Below are positions 35,727-43,969 of a DNA stretch of 64,000 nt, in pieces. Where the stretch lies: positions 91 to 64,090 of the forward strand of contig JABWBD010000003.1 of assembly GCA_013360685.1 (NCBI GenBank), read 5' to 3'. Below the pieces are notes generated by a model. That model had not been told where the DNA came from. It did not search any database and saw nothing but the letters and a program-made list of their open reading frames with translations. The translations under genes and the position numbers were made by a program. The DNA is from Pirellulales bacterium (GTDB taxonomy: Bacteria; Planctomycetota; Planctomycetia; Pirellulales; Thermoguttaceae). How positions within the stretch are numbered: position 1 is the stretch's first letter; the number at the start of each line of letters is the position of its first letter.

Positions 35727-38324
35727 CTACTGGTTTTGGGCACTTAAGCCCTCGAAGATCCCAAGATAGGAAAGCGACCGGACAAAAGCGTCTCGTTCCT
35801 TTTCCGCCCAACTCAGTGCGGCTGCCGGTTGGCCCGCGGCCGCCTGGGCAGCACCGATTTTGCGGAGGGTGGAGGCGCGAGCGGAAATGTTTTGAATCCT
35901 TCTGGCCGTAACCAAGGCCGCGTCCAACAAACCCGCCGCAGCTTGAGTGGACGCGATCTTCTCAAAGCGCAATTCGCCCGAAACCGTATCTCGAATCCCC
36001 TCAGTTGCTGTCAATGCCTCATCGAGGGTCGTTCGCGCTCGCGTTGTGAATCCAGCCTGTATTTCGAGCGCAGCGATATCGGCTAAGACATCCGTAGGAG
36101 ATGAGCAGTATTCAACCCTCCTGCCCGCCGCCAGTGCTTTGTCGAAAGTCTTCTGCGCTTCAGCCGGCATACCCGCCTTGGCTTGTTCGGCCGCGATTTC
36201 GCCAAGTGCCCCAGCACCGATCTCGATTAGGCCGACGGTTGTCCTCGACGCGACTTCGATGTGCGCGACCGTTTCCAGAGCCGAATCGAAAAAGCCCGCC
36301 TGGGCCTGCGCAACCGCAATATTACGGAGCAACCAGGCTTCCACCCATGCTTCTTTAGCATTATTAGCTGCCGCTAAGGCTTGGTCGAAGGTCTGCTGGG
36401 CTATGGGTTTTAAGCCAGCCTTGGCTTGCGCAGCAGCGACTTTGCTGAGGGCGGGAGCGCGCCACGGTACATCTTCGATCTTCCCAATAGTTGCCATCGC
36501 CTCGCCGAACAAGCCCGCCTCAGCCTGCGCAGTGGCAATCTGGTCGAGCGCCGTTATCCCGGAAAGCATCTTTTCAGCCGTAACGAGGGCTTTATCGAAT
36601 AAACGCGCCTTGGCCTGCGCGGCGGCGATGTTGCTGAGTGCTGACTGGCAGACGGCCTCAAAGCCTTCGATCCCTTCGGCGGTCGCCAATGCATCGTCAA
36701 AAAAACCCGCCTCAGCTTGACTTGTAGCGATATCTTTCTTTCGCCGTGCCGCCTCGCCGTTCCGATTGATCACGACCCCTGTCGCCCCCACAAGAGGAGG
36801 AAGCTCTTTGATTTGCCTTGCTGCCGCCAATGCATCGTAGAACGTCCTCTGGGCTTCGGCAGTCAAGCCCGCCTTCGCTTGGGCTGTAGCAATCTCCGTT
36901 AATCCGAAGGCCCTCCACGATTCGCGTTCGACCCGTTCAACTGTTCGGAAAGCCCCGTCGACAAATCCCGATTTGGCCTGGGAAGCGGCGATGGAACTGA
37001 GCGCAAAGGATTGGTCCTCCCCAGCGCCTAATTCACCTGCTGCCGCTAATGCCTGGGAAACTATATCGCCTATAGGCGCTATTACAGGCGGCAAATCATC
37101 CGGCGCTGCCTCCCCGCCATTGCCCAACGGCCCCGGCTGCGTGATTATCAGGGTAGCTGGCCGTAACATAAAAGCAATTACAAGTATCAAGGAGGCAGCT
37201 ATCGGGGCGGCCACAAGCCACCGCCAAAATCTTGGAGTGTTCGATCGTGGGGCGGATGCAACACGCGACGCGTGCTCTCGGAGATCGCGTGCCAAATCTG
37301 CCGCCGTCGTGTAGCGTTGGCCTGGGTCCTTCGCCATCGCTTTGAAGCAGATTCGTTCCACCTCTGGCGGGATCGAATCGTCAATAGTCCGTGGCGGCCG
37401 GGGTTCACGTTTGAGGACCTGTTCACGCAGGTCGGCGCGGCGACCGGCCCGAAATGGCGGCCGGCCGGTTAGCAACTCGTAAAGAACCACGCCGAGGCTG
37501 TAGATGTCGGCGCGCGCCGTCACGCGGAGCCCTTCCCCGGATGCCTGCTCCGGAGCCATGTACAATGGCGTGCCCGTGACAACGTCCTGCTCGTCAAGCA
37601 GCTCGTCTTCGCTCGCAGCGATGCCGAAATCGGTCACGTACGCCTTGCCTTGGGCGTCAAGCAGAATGTTGCCCGGCTTGATGTCGCGATGGACAAGGCC
37701 CTGGAGATGCGCGTGATGCAGCGCCTCGGCCACCTCCGCCACGATTCGAGCCGACTCATCAAACGATAGCCGGCCCGCCGCAATCCGTTTGGCAAGATCG
37801 GTTCCTTCGATCCACTGGGAGACTATGTAGCAGCCCGATCGGTTCGGCCCAACGTCGAACACCTGCACGATGCTCGGGTGGTGTAGCTTGGCGACCTTGC
37901 GGGCCTCCTCCAGGAATCTGGCGGCCTGGATCCGGGAGCCGAGCCGCCCGGGACGCGGAATCTTGATGGCGACGTCGCGGTCCAACTCCGGATCGCGACC
38001 TCGCCACACCTGTCCGAAACCACCCTCGCCGATAAGCTGCTCAAGCTGATAACGCCCAAGCGTGGTCGGCGACTCCACGACGAACGAGTGGTCGCCCCTG
38101 CCGGTGTTCGCGACTTCATCGGGCCATGATGAGTCGCCCTGGAGGTCAATAAGGAACTTGTCGATCGATTCCAACAAGCCGATGCGCCGGGCAACCTCGT
38201 CCCGGAGCTCGGTATCGTCACCGCACAGTTTCGATAGTGAAACGCTCTCGCCTTGAGCGCGGAGGGTATCCCAGTGCGCGAGAAGCTCATCCGCACGAGA
38301 TTCGAAGGACTCGCCTGCCTTCAT
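35727..38324 (-). CDS. Ser/Thr protein kinase with one TM helix and an extracytoplasmic 'IAxAQAxAG' helical-repeat domain
   Basis: The track ORF 35727..38999 is over-extended. ATG 38324 (MKAGESFESRADELL) lies 14 nt after the sigma-factor stop. Hanks motifs are present: GEGGFGQVWRG, VAIK, HRDIKPGNILL, DFG, TPLYMAPE. TM helix: FWRWLVAAPIAASLILVIAFML. At least 11 repeats follow. Confidence 0.85.
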   Translation of the reverse strand: MKAGESFESRADELLAHWDTLRAQGESVSLSKLCGDDTELRDEVARRIGLLESIDKFLIDLQGDSSWPDEVANTGRGDHSFVVESPTTLGRYQLEQLIGEGGFGQVWRGRDPELDRDVAIKIPRPGRLGSRIQAARFLEEARKVAKLHHPSIVQVFDVGPNRSGCYIVSQWIEGTDLAKRIAAGRLSFDESARIVAEVAEALHHAHLQGLVHRDIKPGNILLDAQGKAYVTDFGIAASEDELLDEQDVVTGTPLYMAPEQASGEGLRVTARADIYSLGVVLYELLTGRPPFRAGRRADLREQVLKREPRPPRTIDDSIPPEVERICFKAMAKDPGQRYTTAADLARDLREHASRVASAPRSNTPRFWRWLVAAPIAASLILVIAFMLRPATLIITQPGPLGNGGEAAPDDLPPVIAPIGDIVSQALAAAGELGAGEDQSFALSSIAASQAKSGFVDGAFRTVERVERESWRAFGLTEIATAQAKAGLTAEAQRTFYDALAAARQIKELPPLVGATGVVINRNGEAARRKKDIATSQAEAGFFDDALATAEGIEGFEAVCQSALSNIAAAQAKARLFDKALVTAEKMLSGITALDQIATAQAEAGLFGEAMATIGKIEDVPWRAPALSKVAAAQAKAGLKPIAQQTFDQALAAANNAKEAWVEAWLLRNIAVAQAQAGFFDSALETVAHIEVASRTTVGLIEIGAGALGEIAAEQAKAGMPAEAQKTFDKALAAGRRVEYCSSPTDVLADIAALEIQAGFTTRARTTLDEALTATEGIRDTVSGELRFEKIASTQAAAGLLDAALVTARRIQNISARASTLRKIGAAQAAAGQPAAALSWAEKERDAFVRSLSYLGIFEGLSAQNQ

Positions 38325-38338
38325 TGGACCGGCCCCCG

Positions 38339-38968
38339 TTAGTGATCGCCCGGCCGAGCTCCGTGAAGGGCCTTGTGCAACATCAACCGAGCGGACCGCC
38401 AACGCCGCTTGGCAGTTCGTTCCGAGATGTTGAGCGATTCGGCTGCCTCCTTCAGCGGAAGCCCCGCGTAGAAGTAAAGGTCGAACAACTCGCGCTCCTC
38501 CTCCGGAAGTCGCTCCACCGTCTCGTGAAACTCGGTCCACTCGGCCACTGTGGCCGGACCATCGGTGGCGGCGGGGGGTTGGTCGCCGAACGGGACCGAA
38601 TCCGTTTCGCCCGGGCGTCGCCCGACCGTGTCGTGATGGGCGCCCATCCCCTCCGAACCATAAAGACGTCGCGCCAGATCGATCAACTCCCGGCGGATCT
38701 GAACGGCGGCCAGCCTGAAAAAGTGCGACGGCGAACTGGGCGTCCCTGCCGACAACGCGCGCTGCAGGCGGATGGCCGCCTGCTGGACCACGTCGTCGGT
38801 CTCCTCCCACCGACGCACCCGCGGAAAATCCTTCAACAGCCGGTGCGCCAACCTGTGGAGCCGTTCCGTGGCGAAGGCAAACAAGGCATCGCGGGCGGCC
38901 GCATCGCCGGCTCGCAACCGGTCCAAACAGTGTTCGATTTCTGTGGTTTGTCCCGCGGAGCGTGGCAT
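38339..38968 (-). CDS. ECF-type RNA polymerase sigma factor (kinase-associated type)
   Basis: ORF 38339..39133, start moved to ATG 38968. The region 2 block is DDVVQQAAIRLQRAL. The region 4 block is LPEEERELFDLYFYAGLPLKEAAESLNISERTAKRRWRSARLML. A Ser/Thr kinase follows directly, as in planctomycete ECF-STK pairs. Confidence 0.85.
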   Translation of the reverse strand: MPRSAGQTTEIEHCLDRLRAGDAAARDALFAFATERLHRLAHRLLKDFPRVRRWEETDDVVQQAAIRLQRALSAGTPSSPSHFFRLAAVQIRRELIDLARRLYGSEGMGAHHDTVGRRPGETDSVPFGDQPPAATDGPATVAEWTEFHETVERLPEEERELFDLYFYAGLPLKEAAESLNISERTAKRRWRSARLMLHKALHGARPGDH

Positions 38969-39511
38969 GACACGTGACCTCAAGGGCCGTAAACCGCAAC
39001 CAGCCGACCAGCCCATCCTACCAGCTAAACTTGCTGGCTGCAAGCAAGCTCGCTGGCGGGGGTGCATTCCTGTTTCTCCGCGCTCCCCACAAAACACCGA
39101 GCGAAATGCGGCTTCGCAACCCGCGGCGATCAAACGCTTTGCGGTAATCTGCGGGAAAAACAGCTACTCGAGCGCAGAAACGGGAGTGCACCCAACTGGG
39201 GGGGCGGCAGCCAGGTTTGCGCGTCCCAGCGAGTCCGAAACAATGCCGGCACGAGATGGGCGTGGCGCAAACATTTTCATTGTAGTGGGTTTCGCGAAAT
39301 GCTGTCTGTCGTAGGTCCCCGGACCTGTACGCCGAGATCCCGCTCGGCAAGCGGCATCTACCAGTTGTTACCCCGTTGGAACCATGCCGCCCTTCGTGTT
39401 TTCGCCGAGAATCGTGTCCCCTACGGCCATTGGCTCTCGCTTGGTTCATGTAGAGGCAGGCAAGCCGGTGCTGCCTGCGAGTTACGACCATCCGCAGAAG
39501 GAGACCCAGTC

Positions 39512-39928
39512 ATGTTGAAGAAGACCGTTGCCGTTGCCGCCATCGTTTCGTGCCTGTCCATCGGAAGCATCTCGCACGCAGGGGACTTCTGGTCGTCGAT
39601 GAAGAACATCTTTGGCGGCCAGAATTACTATCGGAACGGGCAGTACGCGGGGAACAGCACACCGAACGTCTTCGGCGGCTACAACTACAACATCGGGGGC
39701 ACAACCGGCTCCAGTGCTCCCAACGTCTTCGGTGGCCAGAATTACCGGTTCGGCGGAACGACCGGCTACAGCACCCCCAACGTGTTGGGTGGGGCCAACT
39801 ATAACTTCGGGGGAGCCAGCGGTTACACCACTCCGAACGTTTTCGGCGGCTCGAATTTCAACTTCGGCGGCACCAGCGGCTACACGACGCCAAACGTATT
39901 CGGCGGCTCGAATTCCTACTCGTGGTAG
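39512..39928 (+). CDS. Small secreted Gly/Asn/Tyr/Phe-rich tandem-repeat protein
   Basis: Track ORF 39062..39928. GAAGGAG RBS and ATG 39512 give signal peptide MLKKTVAVAAIVSCLSIGSISHA. About five 19-aa units PNVFGGxNYxFGGTxGYxT follow, encoded by 57-nt repeats from 39662. Confidence 0.65.
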   Translation: MLKKTVAVAAIVSCLSIGSISHAGDFWSSMKNIFGGQNYYRNGQYAGNSTPNVFGGYNYNIGGTTGSSAPNVFGGQNYRFGGTTGYSTPNVLGGANYNFGGASGYTTPNVFGGSNFNFGGTSGYTTPNVFGGSNSYSW

Positions 39929-40125
39929 ACCGCGGAACTTTGTCGTGTGGACCTTTCGCATTCGAAAGCGGCCTGATGCGAGTTTCCGACCGAACGTGAA
40001 GCTTGCATCGGGCTCCGCCTTCAACCGATGGCGGCGGCTGTCGATCCGGGAGGATGATACCGAGCGATATGAGTGACCCTTGGCTATACCTAGTCACAAT
40101 TACTCCGCAATGAAGGAGACGTGTC

Positions 40126-41142
40126 ATGTTGAAGCAGTGTTCTGCATTGGCTGTTGTGCTCTGCCGGCTGCCCGGCGGCGCGGGTGACGTCTTGGCTATG
40201 CGACTACGTGAGCTAATCTATGCGCCCCTGCTCGCGCTCACGGTTGTTGCATCAAACACTGACTCAGCACCGGGCCAGGAGCGACGCTGGGTTGTTGTCG
40301 ATGCGCCTCGAGTTATTTCTGCAAAAGATGTTACGCCTTCGTCCTATGCGGATGACAGCCGAGTTCTTGAATTGATCCTGTCGCCCTCGCCCAGGTTTAC
40401 CGAGGGATTGAAAAAGGCTACAATTCTTCGCCTCAACTATCGTATCGAAACTGCGTTCCCGGTGGTCGATTTCCTTCCATCGACAACGTTGTCTACCGTC
40501 TTCGCCACTGACATTGACGTGGTGACGTCCGTATCCGAATTCAACGGACGGATCTCCTACGTGGTTAGTCCGAGATCGGGCGGAGCAATGGCAGAATCAC
40601 GATCGCGTGAGAGTAATGTGACCTACAGGCTATTGCCCCCACTCGATACGCTCATCGAGAGCGGTTTTGATAACAAAGGGCGTGGAGCGTTTTTCGCATT
40701 TCACGCCGATAATCGGACAACCCTTGCAGGCCGGAAAGATATCGCAATCCTGTTACGTGTCCCGAAGGAGTTTCGAGGAGATTACGTGACGCTGCGCGTT
40801 TCCGGCGAGATGGAGAACGATGAGGCGCCTTGCTGTGTGGTCCGAATGGTTAAGCATGGTTTTCAGGATGAGTTCGACGTCGCGTTCTATCGTGATGGGG
40901 CTCCCGATAGCGCGGATCTAAGAAAGCGTGCCGATGGTTTCGCAAATAATCCCAGCCTAGCAGCCGCGGCGGCCAAGTTGGAGGCAGCAATCAGACGACG
41001 GGAGCAAGGTACCGGATGGTCCTTCGGTCCAAGCAAAGAGTTGGTCGATGGCGTGAATAACGCAAAAGCCGAATTTGACTCTCTACAAGAAAAGGCGCGC
41101 ACGGAGTTTCGTCGCGCCAATAACACGGACTCTGTCCAATAG
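40126..41142 (+). CDS. Hypothetical secreted protein
   Basis: GAAGGAG RBS before ATG 40126. The N-terminus is hydrophobic and the G+C visibly lower. The C-terminus is predicted helical (AAAAKLEAAIRRREQ ... EFDSLQEKARTEFRR). No motif was recognised. Confidence 0.5.
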   Translation: MLKQCSALAVVLCRLPGGAGDVLAMRLRELIYAPLLALTVVASNTDSAPGQERRWVVVDAPRVISAKDVTPSSYADDSRVLELILSPSPRFTEGLKKATILRLNYRIETAFPVVDFLPSTTLSTVFATDIDVVTSVSEFNGRISYVVSPRSGGAMAESRSRESNVTYRLLPPLDTLIESGFDNKGRGAFFAFHADNRTTLAGRKDIAILLRVPKEFRGDYVTLRVSGEMENDEAPCCVVRMVKHGFQDEFDVAFYRDGAPDSADLRKRADGFANNPSLAAAAAKLEAAIRRREQGTGWSFGPSKELVDGVNNAKAEFDSLQEKARTEFRRANNTDSVQ

Positions 41143-41489
41143 CGATTTCGATGAACGCCGATTTCCGCGGGGGGGAAAGGTGATGATACTTTCGTATGAT
41201 CACTTCCGACTGGCCGGGGACTATGACCTGAAGACCGCAGCGGTCTTCGCGCTCCAGTCGCCGCAGGGTTTCGCCTGGAACATCCATCACAACGTGATCC
41301 AGAACTGCGTCAGGTTGTCGCGGCTGGTGAAGGTGACGGCCGATGGCCAGGTGGTCTAAAAGGCGGAGAAGGACGCTTGCCGGCCCTTTCCCTTGGAAAA
41401 CAGGGACAGGCGACCTCCTTCGGCTTCCATCACCCCCATCTTGTACGCACGGCGCGCACAACCTGCGCAAGAACGACTTGAGAACCCCG

Positions 41490-43379
41490 TCACTGCCGCG
41501 GGTCGCGTCTTTCGAGCCCTACGATTTCCAGCAACCTCAGCGCGTTGGTCGTCGTGGCGACACCGGGCCGCAGCTTGTAGTCGAAGGTCATCGGCCGCTC
41601 GGCGTCGTGATCGTGGAGCGTTTCGGCAAAGTGGACGCAGCGGCACGCAGCGGCCAGAGGTTGGCTGGCGGCCAGGTCGAGGTCGTGGGTCGAGATCGCG
41701 CCGAGGGTGCTGCGAGCAAGCAGGTGTTCCAGCACGCGCACCACGGCAATATGCCGTTCCCGGGAGTTGGTGCCCAGAAGGATCTCGTCGAGGAGGTACA
41801 AGACGCGCGCATGCGGCGGCCGGGCATCGCGGGCCAGGTCGACGATCTCCTTCAACCGCATCAATTCGGCCATGTAGAACGATACGCCGTCTTCCAGCGA
41901 ATCGCGAATCCGCATGCTCGTGGCCAGCGCGACCGGCGGCATTCGCAGGCGCTCGGCACACACAGGCCCGCCCGCCTGTGCGAGAACCACATTCACGCCG
42001 ACGGCGCGCAGGAGCGTGCTCTTGCCGGACATGTTCGAGCCGGTGACCAGAAGGAATGTGCCGGCCGGCCCAATCCGGACGTCGTTGGCCACCCGCGTCC
42101 GGTCGGGCAGGAGCGGATGCCCCAGTCCGCAGGCTTCGATCGAGTCGGCCGACTCGCTCACCTCCGGCATCGCCCAGCCGGGATGATCGTGCGCGACGCT
42201 CGCCAGCGAGGCGAGTGCTTCGAGTCTTCCCAGCGCGAGAAACCATGCGCGGGCGTGCCTGCCGTATCGGGCCTGCCACGCCTCCAACAGGCTGAGAACA
42301 TGGAAGTCGTACAGGAACAGAAACTGGAGCGGCAGGTAAACGAGCATAGCCGTTAGCGCGGAGTGGCGGAGCATTGTGAGCGCCGCGATCCGGTTAAGCT
42401 GGTTCATCCGCATTAGCACGCCTCCCCCGCCAGTGGCCACCTCGCGATGGAGAGCATTCAGCTCCCCGCTTGCATGCGGCATCGCCACCATGAGCCGAAA
42501 GATCCGCAGATAGCGTGCTGCTTCGCCGTGGCGCAAGCGAGTGCGGGCGAAGATGTCTTGGACCCTTCCTCGCACCGCGGCGGTGATGAAGACGTTCAAG
42601 ACAAACACGGCGAAAACGGCGGTTCCGCCAGGCTCGGCCGGAATCACCTGGCTCGCGGTTGCCAGGAGAACCAGCGCGGAGATTGCGGAAAGCATCCGGA
42701 CCGGCCACAAGAGCCACGGCCGTGCGGAAAGCCAGGGCCCTCCCTCCGCCCACTCGACGAACCTCTCCGTCGCTCTCCCGCGGTCTGCCAGCAAGCGACC
42801 CTCGAGGATCAACATCTGCCGCAAGTCCAGACACGGCGCCAACTCCGCCGCGGCCTCCTGTCTCCGCTTGATCTCCTCGGGGGGCGCCGGTTCCAAGAGC
42901 CAATCACGGAGCACGCGGATCCCGAGCGGAGTGTTGGCCGAACAGAGAAAGTGGAACAACGACGCATGCCCGAACAAGTCGAGGTCGGCCGCGGTCGCCC
43001 GGAATTGCGAGGGTACGGCGATGCGCATCTCGGGCAACGCCGGCCAGTCGCGGTCCAGCCGGGCGATCGCCTCTTCATTGACCTGCCGCAAGATGCGATT
43101 GCGGAGGCCCTGGCGGCGGACATATTCGTGATAGACCACCGCAGCAAAGAACCCGCCAAGGGCGGCGCCGGCCGCCCAATGCCATGGCCGCCCCTGGTCG
43201 CTGTTCCAGCCCGCGATGAACAGCGCGACGGCAGCGATGAAGATCGCCAGGCGCAAGCGAGATACCCACCGGTCGCGGACTGCGTAGCGATATTCTGCCG
43301 CGGAGAATTCGTCGGCGCGGCGGCGGTAGGTTGTTGCAAACGGCGAAGGGCGGTTCGTTCTGGGTTGCTCGTCATCCAT
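41490..43379 (-). CDS. MutS-related ABC ATPase (domain V only) with N-terminal transmembrane segments
   Basis: ORF 41490..43523, ATG 43379 preferred. Walker A TGSNMSGKSTLLRAVGVNVVLAQAG and Walker B LYLLDEILLGTNSRERH match MutS domain V. TM helices LRLAIFIAAVALFIAGW and AAGAALGGFFAAVVY are present. No mismatch-binding domain. Confidence 0.8.
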   Translation of the reverse strand: MDDEQPRTNRPSPFATTYRRRADEFSAAEYRYAVRDRWVSRLRLAIFIAAVALFIAGWNSDQGRPWHWAAGAALGGFFAAVVYHEYVRRQGLRNRILRQVNEEAIARLDRDWPALPEMRIAVPSQFRATAADLDLFGHASLFHFLCSANTPLGIRVLRDWLLEPAPPEEIKRRQEAAAELAPCLDLRQMLILEGRLLADRGRATERFVEWAEGGPWLSARPWLLWPVRMLSAISALVLLATASQVIPAEPGGTAVFAVFVLNVFITAAVRGRVQDIFARTRLRHGEAARYLRIFRLMVAMPHASGELNALHREVATGGGGVLMRMNQLNRIAALTMLRHSALTAMLVYLPLQFLFLYDFHVLSLLEAWQARYGRHARAWFLALGRLEALASLASVAHDHPGWAMPEVSESADSIEACGLGHPLLPDRTRVANDVRIGPAGTFLLVTGSNMSGKSTLLRAVGVNVVLAQAGGPVCAERLRMPPVALATSMRIRDSLEDGVSFYMAELMRLKEIVDLARDARPPHARVLYLLDEILLGTNSRERHIAVVRVLEHLLARSTLGAISTHDLDLAASQPLAAACRCVHFAETLHDHDAERPMTFDYKLRPGVATTTNALRLLEIVGLERRDPRQ

Positions 43380-43843
43380 GCACCCATCATAATCGATTTG
43401 CTCGGAACAGACAGCGCCGGTTTGGGCGAATGGTTTTCGGCACGATGGCCGGAGAGAGCCGCCTTGACTCATGGGAAGATCGATTTCGTGCGAGACAGTC
43501 TGTCCATTACCAATCAAGAGCATCTTTGCAGGCTGTTTGAGATGACATGCAAGAAGGTGGGCACTCTGGGTGTGGGATTCACCGCGCGTAGCCAGAAGCT
43601 GGCTCTGGCTCTTGGGGAAAGACTTCTAGGAATGCACATGCGAGATGATGCTCCACTGGATGGCGTTTCGTGCGCAAAGCGCGGAAGCCATGCTGACCAT
43701 CTCGGACTGGAAAGGCGACACCGAGCCCGGCGGGGCAGTCGGACAGGAGACCATATTGAACTTCGTGCACGTGCAACCCTATGATGAGTGGATGGGCCGA
43801 AGGGGGTCGGGAGTCTTTTCTTGTGTCGACCGAAAGTAGCGGA

Positions 43844-43910
43844 GAGTCGAGGGTCGAGGGTCGAGAGTCGAGAGCCAGACGGTTTGGCTCTCGACTCTCA
43901 GCTCTCGACC
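43844..43910. repeat. Heptamer-array hairpin: (RRGTCGA)x4 with a 25-nt inverted partner
   Basis: GAGTCGA GGGTCGA GGGTCGA GAGTCGA spans 43844-43871. 43852-43876 pairs with 43886-43910 (22 of 25 positions), with a 9-nt loop AGACGGTTT. Confidence 0.85.
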
Positions 43911-43969
43911 TTTGGGGCCGAGACGGAAGAAGACTTCCGACCGCGAGGACAACGAACTGGAGGTTGATC

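Noticed and set aside
38325-38999. Reading 35727..38999 as one 1090-aa protein.
   Set aside because: The upstream 225 codons overlap the ECF sigma gene in another frame and are Arg/Gly-rich junk. The kinase has a sensible start at ATG 38324, 14 nt after the sigma stop.
27650-41200. Prophage or integrative element interpretation of the accessory stretch.
   Set aside because: No integrase, recombinase, transposase, phage structural gene, tRNA target or terminal att-like direct repeat was found. Only the internal 0.7-kb gene-fragment duplication is present.
41075-41359. 94-aa ORF whose tail (GFAWNIHHNVIQNCVRLSRLVKVTADGQVV) resembles a parallel beta-helix repeat.
   Set aside because: It is too short, overlaps the end of gene 40126..41142 and has no start context. 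At most it is a remnant of a pectate-lyase-fold gene.
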